Below are positions 1-9,403 of a stretch of 32,000 nt of DNA, one piece after another. Source of the stretch: Candidatus Absconditicoccus praedator (GTDB lineage Bacteria > Patescibacteriota > Gracilibacteria > Absconditabacterales > Absconditicoccaceae); the NCBI RefSeq assembly GCF_021057185.1, contig NZ_CP054059.1, positions 1,050,001 through 1,082,000 of the forward strand. Reading direction: 5' to 3'. The notes beneath the pieces were generated by a model, which ran no database searches, was not told the origin of the DNA, and was given only the letters and a program-made list of their open reading frames with translations. The translations under genes and the position numbers were made by a program. Numbering within the stretch: the stretch's first letter is position 1; every line of letters begins with the position of its first letter.

Positions 1-2
1 AA

Positions 3-2594
3 AAGATGAAACATTCTATTACTCTTAATAGATTTTTGTTTCATATTTCTATGTTTATAAATCCAAAGATACTAAATGACTACAAAAGAAATCTTAATGA
101 ATTATTTTATATAATATCAAACGATGAAACTGTGTATAACCTTTTTATGAAGCAGTCAAAAATATTACTTAATATATTAAATGAAGAAGTTGGTGATAAT
201 GAAACTCTTTTTAATAGATCTCAATTTCCAGATAGAAAAAATATGATTTTTTTAGAATGATTATATTATTGAATCCTAAACATTAAAGAAGCTTTAGAAT
301 ATGTTTTTTATATCAAAAGCACAGATAAGGCTTATTGTGAATACTATGAGCAACACAAAGATAATAAGCTAATTACAAATATAATAAATGAAATAGATTC
401 TTTTTTAGAAGAAAATGAAGTTAGCTTGGATAAAGATAGTAATGAATATTATGAGCTTATTTTGCATTTTTATATGCTTAGAATACCAAATAAAAGCACA
501 TCATCTAAATATAAACATATAATACTTAAAAATCTTCAAAAAAAAATTGGTATAAGTTGAATTAATCAAAATTTTTCAGGGCAAAATGTAGGCAGTAAAT
601 TTCAGAAAAACTTGTACAAAACTTGAAGCAAGATATGAAATAAACAAAGAAGAGATACAAATATTACTAACTTTTTAAATGATTTGAAAATTTTAGGAAG
701 AAAACAACAATATTATAAAAAACTATCTCAAAATCTAAAACAAAATGATTGTGATGGTCTTTTGATTGAGGAGTTTTTGGATATATTTTTTGATTCATTA
801 TTTGAAAGCAATGTTGATCTGGATTTTGTGGGTGTTCTTTATATGGCTTTTAAAGAGAAAAAAATATCCAATGATGATAATATCAGGATAAGCTCTATAT
901 ATAAAAAATATAAACAGTGAAAAATAGAAAACACTTATGATCTTCAAAACTTTTTAGGTTTTCTTTTGTTAGCAAGTAAAAATCCTGAACTTCAGTCTTT
1001 TTCAGAAGAAAACAGGGACTACTTGTTTTCTGAGTACAGTGCTGAATTTATTGAGGAAAATGTTAACTTTTTCTTGAAGTTCAAAGACAATGTATGTTTA
1101 ATAACTCAAATATTATGAGCTGATTTTGTACAAAAAAATATTGAAAATATTCAGTGATTTAAAAATATTTCTTCTTTGTTAAAAAAAGTAGATATAGATT
1201 TAATTGGAAATAAAAATTTGTATTATTTATTGTATGTAATTTTTTGGGAAGAACAAAACCAAGTTAGCAAATATGTTGAAGAATTTAGAGAATACAAACA
1301 AAATTTAATAAGACTTAAATCACAGGAAGATTTATTTTTACAGGAGACACAAAATCCTATAGATATTGGTTTTTGGGAGTTTTTGCAAACTGATCTTGAT
1401 TATGAAAACTTACTTAATCTTGAATTTGCTATACAAGAACTAGTAGAACTAAACAATAAAATTAAAAATTTTTTATCAGATAAGCAATTTTCTAATGAAA
1501 TAACTCATAGAAGAAAAATATATGATATATCAGTAGAAAGGCTTATTTATTATGTATATTTTTGTGAAAATTTTGACTGCAGTGAAATAAGTGAAAGAAC
1601 TCTTCAAAATATATTTTTATTGCAGGAAGATAAATATCATACAGTTGTAAATAATATATTAAGTTTGGCAAACAATACAGCATTAAAAAAGCTAAATCAT
1701 CTAAGTAAAAATGAAATTTTATATATTTTTTATCATAATTTTGCAGATATATATCATTTATTAGATAATGACTTTGAAAATATACAAGATATCCTAAGTT
1801 GATTAAATAAAACTAGCTTTGTGGAAAAATATCAAAAAGAAATAGAAGAAATATTAGATTCTACAAATATAGATGTTACATTAATTTTTGAATATTTTGA
1901 AAATCTAGAAGAGGAAATAGATTGGTTAGAGAGGCTATTAAAATTGTTTAAGTTCTTAAAGAAAAATAATTTATTGCCAATAATAGAAAGTAGTTTTCCA
2001 GGTTGAATTGAAGGATTTGTACAACAAGTTCTTGATAATGTAAATTCACCTGAGCAACTATCATATCTAAATTCAAATAATTATGATTTAATATTTATTT
2101 CAAACTATCTAGATATAGAATTTTTACTCCAAACAGTATATAGTTCAGCAAATTTATTAATTTTATTAAACAGATTTCAGTCATCACAACTAGATCAATT
2201 AATAGAAAAGTTTAGTGCTGAACAAATAGATCAAACAAGTGTTCACAAGAATATAAAAGAATTCTCTGAAATTTTGATAGATTTTCTTTTGGGGAAAACA
2301 AAAATCCAAGAAATTGAAAAATACAAAACACCAAGCTCTAAAGAAAATCAAACTAAGAGACCAAAAACAAATATATTAAGTTATTGGTCCCCCCAAATGG
2401 GTTCAAGAGAGGTTGAAGCTTTATTGAAGAGATTTGGATTTCTAAAAGATAGACAATGATCCACAAGTCACAGAATATTTAGACATCCAGGCGGAAAATG
2501 AGCTATTGTTGTTCCAATGGGTAAAGATTCATTACCTGTGGGAACATTGAGAAATATACTTAAAACTGCTGCTTTAATTTTGGAAGAAGGTTAG
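3..2594 (+). CDS. Large (>=863 aa) mostly helical hypothetical protein with a C-terminal HicA-like toxin domain. The frame is open to the window edge, so the 5' end may lie upstream (first ATG at 6).
   Basis: Standard-code fragments 6-260, 684-920, 1176-1802, 1821-2006 and 2274-2459 share one frame and are joined only by TGA codons. There is no TAA/TAG until TAG 2592-2594. I saw no Walker or other NTPase motif in the N-terminal ~790 aa. Confidence 0.75.
2397..2594 (+). other. HicA-like (YcfA/HicA_toxin family) domain at the C-terminus of the large protein
   Basis: MGSREVEALLKRFGFLKDRQ-G-STSHRIFRHPGGKGAIVVPMGKDSLPVGTLRNILKTAAL matches the HicA pattern (GF..rq.GSH..f.HP......vP.h...l..GTl..Ilk.agl). 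The conserved Gly before the catalytic His is written as TGA (2457-2459). Confidence 0.7.
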
Positions 2595-2660
2595 TTTTCT
2601 GAAAAAAGATTTCTCTAAAACCTATAAAATTAAATTATTAATTATTGGTTTTTTCTAAAT

Positions 2661-2689
2661 TTGACAAATGAGCTTGATTTAGATATTAT
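2661..2689 (+). promoter_or_regulatory. Sigma70-type promoter candidate for the pilT operon
   Basis: TTGACA (2661-2666), a 17-nt spacer, then TATTAT (2684-2689), 33 nt upstream of the pilT ATG. Confidence 0.5.
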
Positions 2690-2722
2690 TAATATATTGA
2701 TTTAAATAAAAATAAAAAATTT

Positions 2723-3826
2723 ATGCCTTCAAATAGTATTTATTGAAAACTTGAACAAATATTGGTTAATAACATATCTGATATACATATTTTAGAAGAT
2801 GATTTTATTTATGTTAGAAACTCTTCTTGAAAAATAAAAAAATTAGATTGATACATTTTATATCAAGAAGAGATTTACTGATTTTTACATGATATATTGC
2901 CCACAAATAGTGTCGATTTGCTATTAGATGGACATGAAGTTGATGCTTCTCATACTTTTTCTTGAAGTAGATTTAGAATCAATGCATACAAAGATAACAA
3001 TTGAATTAGAATTGCTTTAAGAAAAATATCCTCTATGCCTCCTAGTATGGAAGAGATTTGATTTTCTACTGAATTTAAGAATCAATTAATTAACAAGGAA
3101 AAGTGATTGATTTTAGTTACTTGACCAACTTGATCTTGAAAATCAACAACATTAGCATCAATTATAGAAGCAATTAATAATGAACTTAACTCTCATATAA
3201 TTACTTTAGAAGATCCAATAGAATTTTTATATGAAAGTAAGAATTCTTTGATAACACAAAGAGAAATATGAAAAGATACAAAATCTTGGAAGTGAGCGAT
3301 AAAATACAGTTTGAGACAAGATCCAGATGTGGTTTTAGTTTGAGAAATGAGAGATCTTGATACAATATCTTCTGTAATGACCTTAGTAGAAACATGACAT
3401 TTAGTTTTGTCATCTTTGCATACAACTGATGCTATTCAAACAATTAATCGTATAGTTGATTCTTTTCCTGCTAATCAGCAGCAACAAGTAGCAGCTCAAT
3501 TAAGTTTCTCTTTGGATACTATTATTAGCCAAAGACTTTTTACAAATAAAACTAATAATTGAAGAGTTCCAGTAAGGGAGGTATTAATAAATAATAATGC
3601 TGTAGCAAATAATATTAGAGAAAGAAAGTTAGCACAATTAATATGAATCATGGAAACTTCTACTAAATATTGAATGAGAACTATGGATCAGTCTCTTGCA
3701 GAAGCTGTAGCTAGTGGACAAATAGACTTAAATGTTGCATTATCAAAAGTTAAAAATATAGATAATTTTAAATCTTTAGTTTCATACCATAAAAATGGAA
3801 GTTCAAAATTTAGGCCAATTGATTAA
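2723..3826 (+). CDS. pilT: Type IV pilus retraction ATPase PilT
   Basis: The frame is continuous from ATG 2723 to TAA 3824-3826 with TGA=Gly (about 18 in-frame TGA by hand count). Walker A GPTGSGKST is written TGA-CCA-ACT-TGA-TCT-TGA-AAA-TCA-ACA at 3122-3148. It also has LRQDPDVVLVGEMRD and GHLVLSSLHT motifs. Length 367 aa. Confidence 0.92.
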
Positions 3827-4571
3827 GAAATACTGACAAAAAAAGTTTTTAGAATCTTGAAAGATGTTATTTGATTGCTCAAAGGAAGATTGTAATATTT
3901 ACTATATTCAATCTTGACATGTTTTACTTGAGAAAAACTCAATTCCAGTAGTTTCTCTTTGAAGTTGAGAAATTTTATGAGAAAAAAGCTTTTTAGAATT
4001 AGTTCCCAAACTTTTAGATGCAAAAGTTTCTGAAGATTTAGAATATTATTTTTTAACTAAGGAAAAATTTGATCAACTGAATGAAGATGCTAAGGTGTCT
4101 ATTTTATCTTGAATTTGATCTTTTTTAACTAATAGAATTTATAAATTAAATGATGTTCTAACAAAGATTAATTATTATAACAGTAATATTATACTGTCTG
4201 ATATTGATGATGAAAAATTAAAAAATATATTTAAAAATGATATAACAATAGAAGAGATACTTGTTTTAAAAAAAATAAATTGAAATGAAAATTTTCATAA
4301 ACTTTATTGAAATATAGTGTTTTGAGATGATGTTGAAAAACTTTTGTATACTATCTCAAGTCAAGATAATAAAATTAAAGTTTGAAAAAATTATCTAATA
4401 TTTGATTCATGAAGTTATGTTTTCTTATTTTTTGGTAAGATTATAAGTGAGAAGTATATTCTAGAAAATTCTATATTATATAGTACATGAATGTTTGATT
4501 ATTTATGATTTAAATTAGAGGAAAAACAAAATAATGAATTTTTAGAAAGTTCAGATAGTTTTGATGAATAA
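3795..4571 (+). CDS. Cyclic-nucleotide-binding (Crp-like beta-roll) domain protein
   Basis: Runs from the first ATG after TAG 3777-3779 to TAA 4569-4571 and overlaps the pilT 3' end by 32 nt. The N-terminal FLESGKMLFDCSKEDCNIYYIQSGHVLLEKNSIPVVSLGSGEILGEKSFL resembles the cNMP-binding fold signature. Length 258 aa. Confidence 0.6.
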
Positions 4572-6033
4572 TAATGTTTTATTAGTATTAGGTGGAATAT
4601 TTGTTTTTTTGTTTTTATGGATTTTTGCTATTGTTTATTTTTTGGTATGATGATCTCAGCCATCAGCTGATGTTTTACAAGCTGAAAATGAAAACTTATA
4701 TGAAGACAACAATGATGAAATTAATAACAATGATCAAGATGAAGATATTGATGATGAAAAAGAAAATACTAAAGATGAAAATGAAGTTGATGGTGAAAAT
4801 GATGAAAGTAAAGATGCTGATAATAATAAAATTAAAAAAGAAGAAGATAATTATGAACAAAAATATGAGGATTCAAAGATAGTTGTTCATATACCTGATT
4901 TTTTTTATGAAAGAAGATGATTTGAAGTTTTAAAAAGAAGATTTCAAAGGGAATACTCTATAAAAGTAGATTATGAGAAATATAAAGATATGAATAATTA
5001 TCAAAATGAGTTATTATTGAGTCTTGCAAGAGAAGAGGATTGATACGATGTTTTTATGATCCCTTCTACTTGGAAGAAAAGTTTTGATCAGTTTGCTTAT
5101 AATATTGAGTTTGATTCATCATTGGATCAACATTTTCATTATCAATTTTCAGAAATTAATGATATTGATTCAAATACTTTTTTGCCTTTTGCTATTGATC
5201 CTCTTGTTACATTTGTTAGAGATAATAGTTTTTGGAGTTGAAAAAATTCTATAAGTGTATCAGATATTCAAGAATATATTTTAATGGAAGGGGACTCTAG
5301 TTGATTGAATATGCCAGTAATGTTTTGAGTTTCTCCAGGTGATATCTCTTATATGCAAAACAATAATACTTTTTATGAAAACTATTTAGATGTTATATAT
5401 AGTTATGTAAAGCTTTCTTGGATGGAAGATGATATAGATTATATAGAATTTTTATTGGATTTATGATCAGATTGAAATTATAAATCCTGGGATCCTAGAA
5501 AATTTATTTCTATCGTAAGAAGACTTTCTCAAGAAAACGAAAAATGTAGAAAATTTCCTGATATTTGTGTAAAGTTTTCTTCTTTTGTGGATATATCTTT
5601 TGGTTATATGTCTGATTTGGATAAAAAAAATAAATATTTTGATGATGGTTTAACAGATGATTGATTTGAAGTTTTTAACTTTCCTATTAAATCAGATGAA
5701 TATCTTACTAGATCTTGGTGATTTATGATAAATAAAAATTCAAATAAAAACAAGCAGTCAGTTTTGTTTTTGGATAAATTTATGCAAGAAGTGTCTTGAT
5801 GAAATACAAGTTTTTGGAGTAGTACAATTTCTTCTTTCAATAGTGTAATATCCAGTCAAAGATCAAAAAATATTTTTGAAAATATAATTTGAAATCTAAC
5901 AGATTTTAATATAAAGACTTGAACAGTATCAAAATATGAAAATTTTATTAAGGATACGAAATTTTTACAAGCATTAAATTGAGAATATAGCATATCTGGA
6001 TTTTTTGATGAACTTGATAAGTATATTTATTAA
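4564..6033 (+). CDS. Membrane-anchored extracytoplasmic protein with an acidic linker and weak resemblance to family-1 solute-binding proteins
   Basis: Runs from ATG 4564 (8-nt overlap with the upstream gene) to TAA 6031-6033, 489 aa, and I checked every codon for TAA/TAG. It has an N-terminal anchor VLLVLGGIFVFLFLWIFAIVYFLV and a ~65-aa D/E/N/K linker. It then carries DGYDVFMIPSTW and LPFAIDPLVTFVRDNSFW, which look like SBP motifs. Confidence 0.6.
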
Positions 6034-6373
6034 TATATTTTTAATTTTTTTTCAAAATATCATCTATTTTTCTGTCTAGTTTGCTTAGGTCATCTTTAAT
6101 GTTTAATATTCAAGATGTGCTATTTGTGTTTATTTTTGAATTTAATATATTTTCAGTATCTTTTATTTGTCATAATACTTCTTCTTTAATTTTTTCATTG
6201 TCTATTTTTTCTGCTTTGTTTTTAATAGTCTTAAGTTCGTCTTTTAAAAGTTGATAATCTAATTGTTTTTTCTTCTTTTTTTTGAGAAATTTAAACAAAA
6301 ATATTAAAGAAATAACAATTACTAATATAATAATGGTAACTAAGATATAGTCAGTATAATTGTAATCCATCAT
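5948..6373 (-). CDS. Small N-terminally anchored coiled-coil protein downstream of murA
   Basis: Starts at ATG 6373, 13 nt after the murA stop. It has the TM helix DYILVTIIILVIVISLIFLF, a KKKKKK run and charged heptad-like sequence. The standard-code stop is TGA 6170-6172. With TGA=Gly the frame runs to TAA 5948-5950 and overlaps the convergent gene by 86 nt, so the 3' end is uncertain. Confidence 0.45.
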
Positions 6374-6386
6374 ATTAAATTAAAAT

Positions 6387-7616
6387 TTAAACTTTTTCTA
6401 TATCTACTCAAATTTTTTTGAGCTTTTTATCAATATCTTCATATCATCTAAGTATAATATTTTCATTTGTGATATAACTGGTTCATTTTGCTAGTATTCA
6501 TGCAAGTAACATTGCTCATCATCATCTTAAGTCAGTACTACTTAGATAATCTCAATGTAACTTGGTTTTTCAAATAATTATTACTTGATGTGGATTTAGT
6601 ATTTCAATATTTGCTCATACATTTTCAAGTTCTGCAAGATAGGCAAATCTTCATTCAAATATAGTTTCATGAATTTTGCTTATTCATTTTATTTGAGTTA
6701 AAACCACTCAAAAAATTGATTGTAGATCTGTAGGAAATCAGGGATATATTTGAGTTTGCAAGCTAATAGGCTTATATTTGTTTTTATTTTTAGAATTAAC
6801 AATTATTGTGTTATTATTTACTATTTTGTAATTAATTCATATTTTATCTGCTGTTGCTAACACAGCAGTTAGATCTTTGATATTGAATCAAGTGATTTTT
6901 ATTTCCGAGTCATCAGTTATAGCTCATATTGCAAAAAAAGTTCATGCTTCAATATAGTCTCCAATTATTTTAAATTCATCTTTTTTTATTTTTGTCCTTG
7001 TTGGAGTTATCAAAATGCTATGATCATAATTTATTTTTATTTTTGCTCAAATTGTCTTGAGAAATTCAATTAAGTTTATTACATGAGGTTCAATTGCAAC
7101 TTGTTCAATTTTTATTGTGTAATCAATATCCTTTAAAAAACTCAAATATGTAAGGATGCTTTCTGTTGTTGTAACGCTAAATTCTTTTAGAATAATTCTT
7201 TTTTGAGGTTTTCATGTTTTTTTGTATTCTTTTTTTCAGTTTTGAAGTTTAATTGATATTCCTGCTTGTAAAAAGGCATCATCAAATGTGTCAAGAGACC
7301 TTTTTCATATTTTGCAGCCTCATGGTTGTGAAAAAATAACTTTTCAAAATTTTATAAGTCAATTTGGTATTAATAGTATACTAGATCTTATTTGATTTAC
7401 TTTTTGTCATTTTAGATCATAAAATTTTTTAGATTTTTTTTCTGCAGAAGTAGCAATTTCTTCAAGTATTTGTAAATCTTTAATTCTTGGCTTGTTTACA
7501 AGTTCTATGGAATTGTTTATTATTTGATTTGCGGCAACAATTGGAAGTGCTGCATTTTTGCTTCAAGATATTCTAACTGTTCAATTTAATTTTTTTGAAT
7601 TTTTTATTTTAAACAT
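6387..7616 (-). CDS. murA: UDP-N-acetylglucosamine 1-carboxyvinyltransferase MurA
   Basis: 409 aa from ATG (complement of 7614-7616) to TAA (complement of 6387-6389). Motifs are GTVRISGSKNAALPIVAA, IYPGFPTDLQ and TDLRGGGAMLLAGILAKG, with many Gly written as TGA. Confidence 0.93.
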
Positions 7617-7646
7617 ACCTTTAATTTATCAGTAAAGTTAATAAAC

Positions 7647-7674
7647 ATATTAATAAAAAAAATATTTATTTCAA
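7647..7674 (-). promoter_or_regulatory. Sigma70-type promoter candidate for murA
   Basis: On the minus strand: TTGAAA (complement of 7669-7674), a 16-nt spacer, then TAATAT (complement of 7647-7652). Confidence 0.4.
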
Positions 7675-7718
7675 TGAAATATATATAAATACAAATTAAA
7701 ATTATATTACAAATAAAT

Positions 7719-7746
7719 TTGACAAAAAAAATATATTGTGTATAAT
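7719..7746 (+). promoter_or_regulatory. Consensus sigma70 promoter
   Basis: Perfect TTGACA (7719-7724), a 16-nt spacer, then perfect TATAAT (7741-7746), 31 nt upstream of ATG 7778. Confidence 0.6.
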
Positions 7747-7777
7747 TTTATAAAATTTAACAAATAAAAACAAAAAA

Positions 7778-8101
7778 ATGAATATAAATAAGTTAGTAGC
7801 AGATCAAGAAATTCAAGAAATTACTGCAAATCCAGATTCTTTTGCTCCTGATGTAACTTGAGATCTAGCAGAGGAGCTTTCTGAACTTGGTGTAGATATA
7901 GTTATCAATCATAAAACTTGTGTAGTATGAAGAGATACAACTTGAGATTGAACATATATTATATCAGACAACTGAATGGTAAAAGATACAGTATTTTGGG
8001 TATGAGAAATCGAAACTTTTTGATATGGAAGAGTTTGATTTGAGTATGAAACTGTAAATGGAGAAAGTTGAACCTGGATAGTTTGAGAAGGTCCTTTATA
8101 A
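7778..8101 (+). CDS. Small hypothetical protein (107 aa), Gly-rich
   Basis: Runs from ATG 7778 to TAA 8099-8101. It contains 10 in-frame TGA against 4 GGN codons by hand count, and it sits behind a consensus promoter. I recognised no family. Confidence 0.6.
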
Positions 8102-8536
8102 TGAGATATTTTTGAGTTTGTCTTTAAGAAAGTTTTCTAATTCTGGATCTATATCTTCTTTTTTATATATTGTTTCTTTGATTTGATTTATTTTTTGATT
8201 GTTTGGTGTTATTAATTTTATAACATCTTCTATGTTTTTATATTCTCCTTTGATTTGCATTGTTTCGAAAAAATTAACTGTGTTTTTGATGAATTCTTTT
8301 CAATCAGAATGTAAAAGTTTTTTTCTGTAAAATTCTAACATTTCTTTTCTTATTATCTTAAGTTTTTTCTTTTCATTTATATTTTTTTTGATTTGTATTA
8401 ATATCTTAAAAAGAAAGAAAATGCTACTTATCAAGGAAAAAAATATTAAAAATAACAATATTATAAGCAACATATTGTTTAATATTGCATATATTCAAAT
8501 TTCAGGCCATTGATTGAAGTATATATTTTCTATCAT
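8096..8536 (-). CDS. Small membrane protein (one or two TM segments plus a charged helical tail), partner of the vWA protein
   Basis: Starts at ATG (complement of 8534-8536), 1 nt after the upstream stop, and ends at TAA (complement of 8096-8098). Length 146 aa, with the TM region LLIILLFLIFFSLISSIFFLF. Confidence 0.6.
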
Positions 8537-8537
8537 T

Positions 8538-9272
8538 TTAGATTCAAAATAATGATAAAATTCAGGCTATTGTTTCCAACAATTTTTGCTGGCTACCTGA
8601 TATGTTTCAACTTGTAGTAGTAAAATAATTTTTTATATCTTTTTCTTCTTTTATACTTTCTTTTTGAACTCATAATTTTCAAGATATATTTTGATTTGTT
8701 TGTTCTCATATTCCAAGAATTTTGAGAGATTGACTTTTAGCAGCTAGCTTATTTCTTACTTCATTTGATTCATTTTCATCTATATTATAGTCGTCTGATG
8801 CTAAAAATAAAATTCAACTACTTCAAGGAGATGTATTTTTTGAAAAATTATGGATTCAGTCTAGAATGTCAGAACTATATTCAGATTGCTTATCTGTGGG
8901 TGTTATTATAGTGTTTTCTCTTAGTGAAGATAAGTAGTGCTCTAAGGTATATTTGTCTCAAGTTGGGGGTATTAAGTATGTGCTTGTTGGTCATACTGTT
9001 TCTTTTTGATTTCCAAATAGTACTATTCAGTAATTATTGTTGTCATCCTCTGAAATTGACTTGGATATTGTGTTTTTAATAACATCTAGTTTTGAGGTGT
9101 TGTCAACTCAGGCGGATTGATTGATTTCTTTTTTATTGTCTATCAAAAAAACTACACTATTTGATGTTGTATCTTGAGTATCTATTAAAAAAAGATAAAA
9201 AAAGATTCAAATTCATACTATGCTTGATAATATTTTTATTATTATAATTTTTTTAAGATGTTTTTGTAGCAT
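8538..9272 (-). CDS. Membrane-anchored von Willebrand factor A (vWA)-like domain protein
   Basis: 244 aa with an N-terminal TM segment (IIIIKILSSIVGIGIFFYLFLI). VVFLIDNKKE...GIVLFGN...GSSGILFLASDD has the spacing of a vWA fold. The metal-site motif looks degenerate. Confidence 0.55.
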
Positions 9273-9403
9273 TTTTAATTTATTTTTTAAAATCTTTCAC
9301 ATATTATTAAAAACACTTGAAAAATCAACAGATTTAATTAAAAGTAAATTATATATAAAAATTGCTTTCTAAAATCATTTAGCTTTTAAAATTCACTTAA
9401 ATT

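Noticed and set aside
2397-2594. hicA as an independent 66-aa gene nested in frame at the end of the large ORF
   Set aside because: This is not fully excluded. However, there is no stop codon, promoter-like box or SD between the upstream sequence and ATG 2397, so a fusion is the more parsimonious reading. It is kept as an alternative in the finding.
4592-4882. 96-aa M/K-rich ORF from the track (MEYLFF...KMKMKLMVKMMK)
   Set aside because: It is an out-of-frame shadow of the D/E/N/K-rich linker of the 4564-6033 gene. The GAT/GAA/AAT repeats read as ATG/AAG/ATG in the +1 frame.
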